Source: Bacteroidales bacterium
Lineage (GTDB): Bacteria; Bacteroidota; Bacteroidia; Bacteroidales; UBA12077
Assembly: GCA_028282585.1 (NCBI GenBank)
Contig: JANQHR010000020.1
Coordinates: 1 to 64,000 of the forward strand
Direction of reading: 5' to 3'
Length of the DNA: 64,000 nt
Shown: one piece after another, positions 52,216-62,275 of the stretch
How positions within the stretch are numbered: the stretch's first letter is position 1
Layout: every line of letters begins with the position of its first letter
The notes under the pieces: model-generated
The model's input: only the letters and a program-made list of their open reading frames with translations
Told to the model about the DNA's origin: nothing
Database searches by the model: none
Made by a program: the position numbers and the translations under genes

Positions 52216-53580
52216 ATGTTTAATGGTAAAATACTCGTTATAGATGATGATAGAGATATTTTGTTATCAACCAAGGTAGTCTTAAAAAAAGACTTTTCGG
52301 AAATCAAAGCTTTATCAATTCCAGAAGACGTAATTCCTTATATTGAAAAGAGGGTTTTCGATGTAATAATCCTTGATATGAATTTTACTACAGGTGCTAC
52401 CAGTGGTAAAGAAGGTTTAGCATGGTTAAAAAGAATTCTACAAATAGATCCGGATGCTACGGTAATAATGATGACAGCATACGGAGATATCGATCTTGCC
52501 ATTGAATCTATGAAAATTGGTGCTGTAGATTTCGTAGTAAAACCCTGGGACAATAAAAAGCTTTTAGCAACTATTATATCTGCATATAACTTAAGTAAGT
52601 CCAAGCAGGAAATAATTCAATTGAAAAATAAACAACAAACATTAGTTCAGGACATAGACCAATCATATTCGGAAATAATAGGGCAATCAAAAAAAATACA
52701 GGAACTTTTTGGTATAATTAATAAGGTTGCTAGAACTGATGCTAACATACTTATTCTTGGAGAAAATGGAACAGGTAAGGAATTAATTGCAAGAGCTATA
52801 CATCGTCAATCAGAAAGAGCAAATAAATTATTTATAAATGTAGATTTAGGTGCCATTCAGGAGAATTTGTTTGAATCAGAGCTATTTGGCCATATCAAAG
52901 GTTCATTTACCGATGCCAAAGAAGACAGGGCGGGACGATTTGAAGTGGCTCATGAAGGCACCTTATTTTTGGATGAGATAGGAAACCTTTCTATGTCGCT
53001 TCAGTCAAAACTATTAACTGCTATTCAAAAAAAGGAAGTTACACGAGTAGGTTCAAATAAATCAGTTCCTGTTGATATAAGATTAATTTGTGCTACTAAT
53101 ATGCCATTAAAAGAAATGGTCGATAATAATACATTCAGGCAAGATCTTTACTTCAGAGTTAATACCGTTGAAGTTCACATACCTCCATTAAGAGATAGAT
53201 TAGAAGATATACCATTAATTTCATATCATTTCCTGGATATATATAGAAAAAAGTATAAAAAAAATGAAATGAAAATAAGCAGTGAAGCGATAAAAAAACT
53301 TAAAAAATACAGCTGGCCAGGCAATATTAGAGAGTTACAACATATTATTGAAAGAACAGTTATTATGAGTAATGGTAATATATTAAACGCGTCGGATTTT
53401 GTACTAAATATTACCGAAAGGTCATCATTAAATAAGAACATATTAAATTTAGAAGAAGTGGAAAAACAAACCATAGAAAAAGCGTTAAAAAAACACAATT
53501 ATAACGTTAGTGCGGCAGCTAAAGATTTGGGATTGGGAAGAACAACAATGTATCGTAAAATGACAAAATATGGTTTTTAA
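52216..53580 (+). CDS. Sigma54-dependent response regulator (NtrC family)
   Basis: REC domain, GENGTGKE, GSFTDA, LFLDEIG, WPGNIREL, HTH. Start set at ATG 52216. Confidence 0.9.
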   Translation: MFNGKILVIDDDRDILLSTKVVLKKDFSEIKALSIPEDVIPYIEKRVFDVIILDMNFTTGATSGKEGLAWLKRILQIDPDATVIMMTAYGDIDLAIESMKIGAVDFVVKPWDNKKLLATIISAYNLSKSKQEIIQLKNKQQTLVQDIDQSYSEIIGQSKKIQELFGIINKVARTDANILILGENGTGKELIARAIHRQSERANKLFINVDLGAIQENLFESELFGHIKGSFTDAKEDRAGRFEVAHEGTLFLDEIGNLSMSLQSKLLTAIQKKEVTRVGSNKSVPVDIRLICATNMPLKEMVDNNTFRQDLYFRVNTVEVHIPPLRDRLEDIPLISYHFLDIYRKKYKKNEMKISSEAIKKLKKYSWPGNIRELQHIIERTVIMSNGNILNASDFVLNITERSSLNKNILNLEEVEKQTIEKALKKHNYNVSAAAKDLGLGRTTMYRKMTKYGF

Positions 53581-54925
53581 AAATTTCAGGATTGGAGTTA
53601 TATTAAGAGTTTCTTTACTAGGCATATCTATTTTTATTTCGATATATGCTTCATATCAAAACGAATGGTATTTGACCACAACAGTTTCTTCTTTTTTTTC
53701 ACTAGTATTTTTAATTGGAATTATTCGTTATGCTGAAAAGTATAAAAAAAGCTTAAGTGAGTTCTTAATTTCAATTAAATCAAGGGATTTTATTAGTTCT
53801 ACAAATATCTTACCAGATAAAAGTACTCAAGATAAATTAAAGGAGGCTTATCACGTTATCTTAGATGAATTCAAGAATATTCGAATTGATAAAGAGATTC
53901 AATATCATTATTTAAAAACCATTTTTGAACATATCAAAACAGCTCTTCTAAGTTTTAACCAAGATGGTAAAATTGAATTTATAAACAAAACAGCCGCTGA
54001 ATTATTCAATTTAAAAGCAAATCAGGAAATAGATAAAATTAAAAAAATTAACATTACTCTTTATAACACAATCTTAAAGCTCAATTCAGGTGAAAGTGAA
54101 CTTATTAAACTAAAACTTAATGAAGAGTTACTTCATCTGTCAATTTTTGCCTCAGAACTTAAAATACAAAATAAAACCGTTAAGTTAATTTCATTTCAAA
54201 ATATAAAACATCAATTGGAGTACCAAGAATTGGAATCATGGCAAAAACTAATTCGTGTTTTAACACATGAAATTATGAACTCTGTTACTCCAATATCTTC
54301 ATTAAGCAGTGCAATAAACGAATCTTTAGGAAATTTGAATAAAAATCAAGCTGAAATAGCCAATATCTCGGATGACGATTTTGAAGATATGATCTCAAGT
54401 TTAAAAACAATAGAAACCAGGAGTAAAGGATTGTTAAAATTTGTTTCATCCTATAAACAACTAACACGAATTCCAAAACCTGATTTTAAACAAGTAAACC
54501 TTTTTGAGTTAGTTAATCATTCAAAAACACTGTTGAAACAAAAACTAAAAGATATAAACATAAACCTTAAAATCACTTCAGATCAAAAAGAAGTGATTTG
54601 TTTTATAGATTATGACCAAATAGAACAGGTAATTATTAATTTATTGATAAATGCAATTGACGCTGTTAGTGAAAAAGAAAAGCCAGAAATTAAAGTGAAC
54701 ATATCGCAAGATCAATTTAACAAGAGTAAAATAACTATTTTTGACAATGGCAAAGGAATTGAAAATGAAGATATTGATAAAATATTTATTCCATTTTACA
54801 CCACAAAAAAGGAAGGGTCTGGAATTGGTCTAAGCTTATCCAGACAAATCATGAGATTGCATAAGGGAACTATCCAAGTTAATTCTGTTATTAACAAAGG
54901 GACAGAATTTATTTTAGAATTTTAA
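53570..54925 (+). CDS. Sensor histidine kinase
   Basis: WQKLIRVLTHEIMNS, NLLINA, DNGKG, PFYTTK, GSGIGL. Confidence 0.9.
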   Translation: MVFKNFRIGVILRVSLLGISIFISIYASYQNEWYLTTTVSSFFSLVFLIGIIRYAEKYKKSLSEFLISIKSRDFISSTNILPDKSTQDKLKEAYHVILDEFKNIRIDKEIQYHYLKTIFEHIKTALLSFNQDGKIEFINKTAAELFNLKANQEIDKIKKINITLYNTILKLNSGESELIKLKLNEELLHLSIFASELKIQNKTVKLISFQNIKHQLEYQELESWQKLIRVLTHEIMNSVTPISSLSSAINESLGNLNKNQAEIANISDDDFEDMISSLKTIETRSKGLLKFVSSYKQLTRIPKPDFKQVNLFELVNHSKTLLKQKLKDININLKITSDQKEVICFIDYDQIEQVIINLLINAIDAVSEKEKPEIKVNISQDQFNKSKITIFDNGKGIENEDIDKIFIPFYTTKKEGSGIGLSLSRQIMRLHKGTIQVNSVINKGTEFILEF

Positions 54926-54941
54926 ATTTGCAGAAAAAAGT

Positions 54942-55325
54942 ATGGCGTTATCATTAGAAGATCAAGAATTAGATAAATTTATTATGGTGGGTGATCGTGT
55001 TTTAATAAAACCTAAAACACCTCAAGGAAAGACAAAATCTGGATTATACTTACCGCCAGGAGTTCAGGAAAAAGAAAAAATTCATAGTGGTTATGTTTTG
55101 AAGGTTGGTCCTGGTTATCCTATACCGGCAATAAATGAAGTTGATGAACCATGGAAAGATAAAAGCAACGAAGTAAAATACGTACCATTACAACCAAACG
55201 AAGGCGACTTAGCAGTATATTTACAAAACAGCGCATGGGAAATTGAGTTTAAAAATGAAAAATATGTAATTGTTCCGAATAATGCGATTTTAATGCTTAT
55301 TAGAGATAATGGGCTTTTTGAATAG
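54942..55325 (+). CDS. GroES-family co-chaperone (non-canonical paralog)
   Basis: GDRVLIKP, KTKSGLYLP, VLKVGPG; no groEL adjacent. Confidence 0.8.
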   Translation: MALSLEDQELDKFIMVGDRVLIKPKTPQGKTKSGLYLPPGVQEKEKIHSGYVLKVGPGYPIPAINEVDEPWKDKSNEVKYVPLQPNEGDLAVYLQNSAWEIEFKNEKYVIVPNNAILMLIRDNGLFE

Positions 55326-55372
55326 AAATTTAAAACATAAAAACTCTAACGGGGTTAATATTAATTAGTTTT

Positions 55373-56791
55373 TTACCAAAACTTAATTTTTCCTGCTGCA
55401 TACCAACACATGCGTAATAACAAAAATCCATGTCGAAAACGTGAAATATTTGTATCACCATAGGTTCTCTCTCTATAACGGATTGGCAAATCAATAATCT
55501 TTAAGTTTAATTTGTAAGCACCAAAGAGTAAATCATAGTCCCCAAAAGGATCAAACTCACCAAAGAATTTTCTATTTGCTTGTAAACGAATATAATCATC
55601 ACGAAACATCACTTTTGTTCCGCATAAAGTATCTTTTATTGGTTGTTCCAATAACCAGCTAAATAACCAACTGAAAAATTTATTCCCCACCGTATTAAAA
55701 AAACGCATAGCTTCTTTTTCCATCGGATATACCAGACGCGAACCATTTATAAACTCGCCCTTTCCTGATGTAATCGCTTCATAAAACTTTGGGATATCTT
55801 CCGGTGGTACAGTTAAATCTGCATCAAGTATCATTAAAATGTCTCCTGTTGCCATTGAATAACCCTTTCGAACCGCATCACCTTTACCTTTTCCATCTTG
55901 CTGGGCAATTTTTATATCATGCGTATCTTTATATTTCTCTTGAACTTTTTGAATCGTATCCCACGTATCATCTGTAGAATTACCTTCAACATAAATGATT
56001 TCGATGTGCTTTCCAAATTTAGGTAATCTCTTTATTGCATCTTCAATATTGCCACTTTCATTTCGTGCTGGGATAACAATTGTTGTAGAATATTCTTCTC
56101 TTCTATTTTCTTTTTGATGAAAAATTGGACGCGCATTTATAAATCTACTAACACACAATGAATTAAAAAGAGGTAATCGTGCTATATATCGATTGAATAA
56201 ATAAGATAACACCGGAATATTTATCGGTAACAAAAATCGATTTGTAGCTCTAAATGATTCAAAATCGCTTAAATAAAGTATGTTTTCTATATCCTTTTTG
56301 GTTAACCAACTCTGTTTAGGGCTTTTCTTTTTTAACCGTAAAAATTCACCTAACTTTAAAAAAGGCTCCCATAAAAAATTATAATATGAGATTAGAATTC
56401 GAGTATGGGGAAAACAAATATTCTTAATACTTTCAAAAACTTCAGTTAAATTATCGAAGTATCCAATTACTCCAGACAATATAATAACATCAAATTTTCT
56501 ATTTAATTGAATATCCTCTGCATCCTGTATATAAAACTCTAGTTCAGGAAATAAAGTTTTCGCCTCACTAATCATTTTCTCACTAAAATCTATCCCAACC
56601 TTAGTATCTCCTTTTAATCTGGATAACAAGGCTCCATTACCACAGCCTATTTCCAATATTGAATTATCTTTATTTAAATAAAAATTAAAATATTTTGAAA
56701 TATCATTATAGTAGTATTTAAATTTTCCCTGATATTTTAGATACCCTTGAGCAATTGAGTCGAAATACATTTTAATATTATCTTTTCTCAT
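55373..56791 (-). CDS. SAM methyltransferase-like + GT2 glycosyltransferase fusion
   Basis: N-terminal LEIGCGNG; C-terminal IPARNE, GKGDAV, ILDADL, DTLCG. Confidence 0.85.
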   Translation of the reverse strand: MRKDNIKMYFDSIAQGYLKYQGKFKYYYNDISKYFNFYLNKDNSILEIGCGNGALLSRLKGDTKVGIDFSEKMISEAKTLFPELEFYIQDAEDIQLNRKFDVIILSGVIGYFDNLTEVFESIKNICFPHTRILISYYNFLWEPFLKLGEFLRLKKKSPKQSWLTKKDIENILYLSDFESFRATNRFLLPINIPVLSYLFNRYIARLPLFNSLCVSRFINARPIFHQKENRREEYSTTIVIPARNESGNIEDAIKRLPKFGKHIEIIYVEGNSTDDTWDTIQKVQEKYKDTHDIKIAQQDGKGKGDAVRKGYSMATGDILMILDADLTVPPEDIPKFYEAITSGKGEFINGSRLVYPMEKEAMRFFNTVGNKFFSWLFSWLLEQPIKDTLCGTKVMFRDDYIRLQANRKFFGEFDPFGDYDLLFGAYKLNLKIIDLPIRYRERTYGDTNISRFRHGFLLLRMCWYAAGKIKFW

Positions 56792-56798
56792 AACCTAT

Positions 56799-57548
56799 CT
56801 AACCTTCATCTTTTTCCACTATAATTGTTGCAAACATAGCTAAATTATTTTTTAACAATGGGGTTTGTTTTTCAAAAAAACGAACAATTCTGATCATAAA
56901 ATCAGGTAAAAAAGCCTTTCTTGAAAATCCACCGGTTAATAAATAAGTAAAAGGCGTATGCAAATCCAGCCTTTTAAGTTTTAGCTTTGGGAAACCTTCT
57001 TGAAACCGATTTAAATCTCTGCAAAAGATAATATATGGTAATGCCATATTTGATCCGCTTAAAGGACCATTAGTTGGAAATGACCAGTCTCGATTTAAAT
57101 CAAAAAGCTCATGGTGGAACCTTTTATAAATAAATTTCGACCAACTTGTATTCCAAGGCTCAATTGCAACTATTTTCCCACCATTTTTTAAAATCCTTTG
57201 TGCTTCATGAAAAAACTTTTCAACCTCCGGAAAGTGATGTAGAGCATCAATCATAAATATACCCGAAACTGAATTATTCTCAAATGGCATATTTGATGCG
57301 GAAAAATATTGATCTACTCCAGGTATTCTGTTTATATCAGAAGTAATAACCCGTGGAATAACATTCTTAATAAATCCTCCACCAGATCCTAACTCAAGGT
57401 AAAGAGAATTTTCCTGTATATATTGCTTAAAAATCTCATACCATTCCTGATATAATTCTTTTAAACTTTTCTTTTCCATAAGAATCTTTCGATGTTCCAG
57501 GCTTCTTTTTGGATCATCTAGACTATACTCAAATCGATAAGTTCTCAT
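56799..57548 (-). CDS. Class I SAM-dependent methyltransferase
   Basis: LELGSGGG, MPF, DALHHF, LKNGG. Confidence 0.85.
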   Translation of the reverse strand: MRTYRFEYSLDDPKRSLEHRKILMEKKSLKELYQEWYEIFKQYIQENSLYLELGSGGGFIKNVIPRVITSDINRIPGVDQYFSASNMPFENNSVSGIFMIDALHHFPEVEKFFHEAQRILKNGGKIVAIEPWNTSWSKFIYKRFHHELFDLNRDWSFPTNGPLSGSNMALPYIIFCRDLNRFQEGFPKLKLKRLDLHTPFTYLLTGGFSRKAFLPDFMIRIVRFFEKQTPLLKNNLAMFATIIVEKDEG

Positions 57549-59206
57549 TAATAGATAATCTCAAATAAATACGCTTTTTCGTCAGCACCTATTGTCTGAA
57601 TATGCTTAATTTTTTGTGGGTATTTCTTCTGTATATAATATAAATATCTTTGAACTGTATTAATTGTATACTCAGTTTTTTGTTTGGGATATTTTCTAAG
57701 GCTTCCCATTATAACATACTTAACATTTTTTTCCTTCAATGCATTTAATAATTCATCAGGATCTTCAGTTTCAATTCTGTAAATTCCATAAAATTTACGT
57801 TTTGCATAAATAAAAGAAATACTTGGTTTTCTGCATGCAATTAAAATATCTTCAGAAATATTTTTTGCAGCCCATTGGCTCATTTTTATGTAATTTATCC
57901 AATCAGGTGTCATACCGTAAAACTCATTTCCAGCTAATGATTGCATTAAGTATTCATCATTTGCTTGTACTTTTTTTGTTAATACATTCAAATTTGTAAA
58001 AAACATAATGATAAAAAGAACGGGTAATAAAAATTGAATAATCTTGTACGACTTTTGCTTACCTAAGTAATATAGGCCTGAAAATAAGAACAACAAAATT
58101 AATGGTAAATAAACTAAAATTAGGCGATCTTGATCCCAAAGAGTTTGGACTATAATGAAAGTAATTCCTATTAAAACTACTAAATATATTCCGGTAAATA
58201 ACAAGAACTTATTTTTCTTGAAAGCATAATAAATTGCTATAATAAATAATACATAAATTATTAATGTTAAAATTGTCTTAGGTTCTAAAATCTCGGGACG
58301 AAAACCGAGAAATTTATAAATATGCTTTGAAAAATAAAGATTGGAATTTTCCAAAAACCTTTCTATAAACCCACCAAAATCTTCTTTGCCTTTTGAAACA
58401 TTAAAAGGATCCACCCGCATTAATGTATCTAATTGAGATGAAAATTGAGGTGCTTTAATTTGAAATATGATATTTTTAATTGTGGAAAACAGTCCAAATT
58501 CCAAAGCAAATGCTCCTGTTGTGAATAAAGCACTTTTCCATCGTAAGGTTACTAAAAAAAATAAAATTACTGCTATAAAGGCACCATAACCAATGCTGCG
58601 TGTTAATCCAAGAAATAAAAGAAACATAGCTAAAATAAGGTATCTACCCCATGCCTCTTTTATACCAAAATCCTTTTCTTTTGAAACAAACTCCTTGAAA
58701 AAATAGAAAAAGAAAAATGCCTGTAAAAATAAATAAAAAGCCTCTGAATAAGTTTGGCTGGAATAATAAAGGACATAAGCGTTAAAAGAAATAATAATCA
58801 TAACATATATCAGTAAAAATCCCGAAACACGTCCTTTAAATGCCTTGTAAAAAAAGTATAACTGAAAAATAATTGAAATTAATGATAACGATTTTAATAA
58901 AGTAATATTTAATCCAAAAATCCAAATAAAAACACTTAAAACCATTGGGTAAAGAGGCCCTTGAAATGAAGGAAACTTAAATTCCTTTAATAAATCATAG
59001 GCTCTTAAGATATATGCTGAGTCATCTCCTGCCTCACTTACTCTGAAATTGAATAGCAAAAAAGAAAAAAGAAGTGTAAAAAATAAAGATATCCAGAAAA
59101 ATATATTTCCATGTTTATCAAAGAACTTATCTGCTTTCTCAAAGAAACCTTTAGATTTTGATTCTACGCTTTGTTTGGCTTTTAATTTTTGTTTGTGTTT
59201 TGACAT
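57548..59206 (-). CDS. GT-C fold membrane glycosyltransferase (ArnT/PMT-like)
   Basis: GDDSAY loop after TM1, PLYP, YSEAFY, about 12 TM segments. Confidence 0.7.
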   Translation of the reverse strand: MSKHKQKLKAKQSVESKSKGFFEKADKFFDKHGNIFFWISLFFTLLFSFLLFNFRVSEAGDDSAYILRAYDLLKEFKFPSFQGPLYPMVLSVFIWIFGLNITLLKSLSLISIIFQLYFFYKAFKGRVSGFLLIYVMIIISFNAYVLYYSSQTYSEAFYLFLQAFFFFYFFKEFVSKEKDFGIKEAWGRYLILAMFLLFLGLTRSIGYGAFIAVILFFLVTLRWKSALFTTGAFALEFGLFSTIKNIIFQIKAPQFSSQLDTLMRVDPFNVSKGKEDFGGFIERFLENSNLYFSKHIYKFLGFRPEILEPKTILTLIIYVLFIIAIYYAFKKNKFLLFTGIYLVVLIGITFIIVQTLWDQDRLILVYLPLILLFLFSGLYYLGKQKSYKIIQFLLPVLFIIMFFTNLNVLTKKVQANDEYLMQSLAGNEFYGMTPDWINYIKMSQWAAKNISEDILIACRKPSISFIYAKRKFYGIYRIETEDPDELLNALKEKNVKYVIMGSLRKYPKQKTEYTINTVQRYLYYIQKKYPQKIKHIQTIGADEKAYLFEIIY

Positions 59207-59305
59207 AATTTCTCTTTCCGGATTAATATTTTATAGTCTTTATCTACCTACACAAATGTAAAAAATAAATCCAAAAAGAATTAGTAATCTTAATAAGGTA
59301 AGAAC

Positions 59306-59330
59306 AAAAAAGCGGGACTTTACCCGCTTT
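59306..59330 (-). terminator. hsp20 intrinsic terminator
   Basis: Minus strand AAAGCGGG-TAAAGT-CCCGCTTT followed by T-run. Confidence 0.8.
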
Positions 59331-59334
59331 AGCA

Positions 59335-59766
59335 TCAAGAAATTTTAATTTCTCTTGTTAGTTTTTCTTTTGCCTCTTCTTTTTTAGGAATCTCTATTGT
59401 AAGAATTCCATCTTTATGATTTGCTTTAATTTTACCCTGATCTACACTATCCGGTAAACTGAATGATCTTTGGAATGAACTGTAGCTAAACTCTCTTCTA
59501 ATGTATTTTTCTTTTTCATCCATATGTTTTGCTTTCTTCTCAGATGAAATAGTTAATACTCTATTATTTAAATCAATTTTAAAATCCCTCTTTTCCAATC
59601 CAGGAGCAGCAACTTCAATCATAAACTCATCAGTATTTTCTAATACATTTACTTCTGGAATCGTCTTGTTTACAGAAGAATCAAAAAAGTCAGATAAAAG
59701 ATCCTTTCCAAAAAAATCGTCAGTAAAGCTTGGCAAAAATCTACGGTTTCTTAACATTGGTATCAT
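59335..59766 (-). CDS. Hsp20/alpha-crystallin small heat shock protein
   Basis: PEVNV, AAPG, RREFSYSSFQRSFSLP, DGILTIEIPK. Confidence 0.92.
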   Translation of the reverse strand: MIPMLRNRRFLPSFTDDFFGKDLLSDFFDSSVNKTIPEVNVLENTDEFMIEVAAPGLEKRDFKIDLNNRVLTISSEKKAKHMDEKEKYIRREFSYSSFQRSFSLPDSVDQGKIKANHKDGILTIEIPKKEEAKEKLTREIKIS

Positions 59767-59820
59767 CGTTTAGTCCTCCTATAATTTTAATAAAACATCA
59801 ATTAAATTCACGCTTACTAT

Positions 59821-59836
59821 TTCAACTTTTGTACCA
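59821..59836 (-). promoter_or_regulatory. Putative sigma54 promoter of hsp20
   Basis: TGGTACA-AAAG-TTGA at -24/-12 spacing. Confidence 0.55.
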
Positions 59837-60002
59837 TTCAATAATTAAGAAAATTTGTCAGTTAAATACCAGTAAAACAAGACTTTATGTCTCATTTGCA
59901 ACATTAAACCCTGTCATTATTTCAGATTTTTACTGTAAGTTTATATAATAGAATATGATTTACCTTATCTTTTGTATTTTTACTTTATTAAAATCAACTA
60001 AA

Positions 60003-62213
60003 ATGAAAATATATTTAGATTATAATGCCACCACTCCAATAGATAAAGAGGTAGTGCAAGCAATGCAACCTTATTTATCTAATTATTTTGGTAATCCATC
60101 CAGTTCACACAGTTTCGGTATTGAAACAAAAAAAGCCGTTGAAAATGCAAGGAAACAAGTGGCAACACTCATAAATTGTAAACCTCATGAGATTATATTT
60201 ACGAGTGGAGGCTCAGAATCGAACAACTATGCTATTAAAGGCGTTGCATATGCTTATGAAAATCGTGGTAATCATATAATTACTTCAACTATTGAGCATC
60301 CTGCCGTAGTTGAAGTATGTAAGTACCTGGAAAGAAAAGGATTCAGGATTTCGTATATTCCTGTTGATGAACATGGTACCATAAATTTGGAAAAACTTGA
60401 AAAAGCTATAACTAAACAAACTATCCTGATAACAATAATGCATGCTAATAATGAAATTGGAACTATTCAACCATTATCTGAAATAGCAAAAATTGCGAAA
60501 AGAAATAATATTTACTTTCACACCGATGCTGCTCAATCTACCGGTAAATACCCTGTGGATGTAAAAAAAATGGAGGTTGATCTATTATCAATTGCAGGAC
60601 ACAAGTTATATGCCCCGAAAGGAATTGGTGCGCTTTATATTAAGGATGGTATCCAACTTGAAAAATTGATTCATGGCGCTGATCATGAACAAAATAAAAG
60701 GGCCGGAACAGAAAATGTGCTGGAAATTGTTGGATTAGGAAAAGCTTGTGATATTGCTCACCGATATATGTATAGGAACATAACCCATATGCATTCCGTG
60801 CGAAACTTATTATTTAGTAATTTAAAAAAAGAATTACCTGTAATAAAACTTAATGGTCATCCCGAAAGAAGATTACCAAATACCTTAAATATTAGTTTTC
60901 CAAAAATTGAAGCCAATATTTTATTAAACGAACTAGAACTAAACGGAATTGCAGCTTCTGCCGGAGCAGCATGCCATACCGACTCAGTTGATATTTCCCC
61001 TGTACTATCTGCTATAAAATTAAATACCAGCTATGCAATGGGCACTATTCGATTTTCGCTTGGTAAGAATACAACAGAAGATGAAGTTAATCGTGCTTCA
61101 CGAATAATAATTGACACAGTAAATAAATTCAATCCGGATAAAAAGGAATTAAATGAGATAACACCTGATTTTTCAAACATTAGGTTAACTAAATATACAC
61201 AGAGGCTTGGATGTGCATGTAAATTAAGACCGCAAGAACTCGAAAAAATTCTGAAAGACCTACCTTTGACTAATGATCCTAATATCTTAATTGATACCAG
61301 CAAATCGGATGATGCTGCTGTATATAAGATCAATAAAGAAATCGCATTGGTTCAAACAACAGACTTCTTTGCGCCGATTGTAAATAATCCTTATGATTTC
61401 GGAGCAATAGCAGCAGCTAATGCATTAAGCGATATATACGCCATGGGAGCTAAACCATTATTTGCGTTAAATATAGTTGGGTTTCCATCAAACAAGTTAC
61501 CTATAGAAGTATTGCAGGAAATTCTTAAGGGAGCTAACGATAAAGCACGCGAAGCTGGAATCAATATTGCAGGAGGACACACCATTGAAGATACTGAACC
61601 TAAATATGGCATGGTTGTAAATGGAATTATTCATCCGGATAATATTTGGACAAACGCAAATGCTCAAGTTAATGATGCAATAATTTTAACTAAACCCATC
61701 GGACTAGGGATAATAACAACTGCGTTAAAACGGGGCTTAATTAATGCAGAAACTGAACGAAAAATTACCCAAATAATGTCAACCTTAAATAAGTATTCTG
61801 CAGAAGTAATGAATAAATTTGATATAAACGCATGTACAGACATAACTGGTTTTGGCTTATTAGGGCACTTATCAGAATTAACGCTTGCTAGTAAAGTAGA
61901 TGTTGAAATAGCTATTAACAATATTCCAATCATTGAAGAAGCAAGAGAATTTGGGGCCAGCAACCTCATACCCGGTAGTACGTTAAACAATCTTAAGTAT
62001 TTCTCAAGGTATGTTGATTGGTATGATGATATTTCCGATTTGGAAAAATCTATTTTATGCGATGCACAAACTTCCGGTGGGTTATTGTTTACAGTTCCAA
62101 TGTCACAAAAAGATGAAATACTGGAAAAATTAACTGAAGCAGGAATTGAAAACGCCTCACATATTGGAAGTTGCGTAACAAAAGGAGAAGGTATAATAAC
62201 CGTAAAAAAATAG
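60003..62213 (+). CDS. selD: NifS/IscS-like desulfurase (Sec-lyase-like) fused to selenophosphate synthetase
   Basis: N-terminal YLDYNATTP, HTDAAQ, AGHKLYAPKG, SAGAACH; C-terminal GCACK, DDAAV, TTDFF, NALSDIYAMG, GGHT, TDITGFGLLGH, DAQTSGGLL; one uninterrupted frame. Confidence 0.9.
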   Translation: MKIYLDYNATTPIDKEVVQAMQPYLSNYFGNPSSSHSFGIETKKAVENARKQVATLINCKPHEIIFTSGGSESNNYAIKGVAYAYENRGNHIITSTIEHPAVVEVCKYLERKGFRISYIPVDEHGTINLEKLEKAITKQTILITIMHANNEIGTIQPLSEIAKIAKRNNIYFHTDAAQSTGKYPVDVKKMEVDLLSIAGHKLYAPKGIGALYIKDGIQLEKLIHGADHEQNKRAGTENVLEIVGLGKACDIAHRYMYRNITHMHSVRNLLFSNLKKELPVIKLNGHPERRLPNTLNISFPKIEANILLNELELNGIAASAGAACHTDSVDISPVLSAIKLNTSYAMGTIRFSLGKNTTEDEVNRASRIIIDTVNKFNPDKKELNEITPDFSNIRLTKYTQRLGCACKLRPQELEKILKDLPLTNDPNILIDTSKSDDAAVYKINKEIALVQTTDFFAPIVNNPYDFGAIAAANALSDIYAMGAKPLFALNIVGFPSNKLPIEVLQEILKGANDKAREAGINIAGGHTIEDTEPKYGMVVNGIIHPDNIWTNANAQVNDAIILTKPIGLGIITTALKRGLINAETERKITQIMSTLNKYSAEVMNKFDINACTDITGFGLLGHLSELTLASKVDVEIAINNIPIIEEAREFGASNLIPGSTLNNLKYFSRYVDWYDDISDLEKSILCDAQTSGGLLFTVPMSQKDEILEKLTEAGIENASHIGSCVTKGEGIITVKK

Positions 62214-62275
62214 TTGATATCTACTTAAAACATTTCAGAGATCATAGCGTTTTAAATTAAATAAAAACTTTAGCT

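Noticed and set aside
61179-61230. Selenocysteine (TGA) in the SelD active site
   Set aside because: The codons are TGT GCA TGT (C-A-C). I noticed no convincing in-frame TGA readthrough elsewhere in the window.
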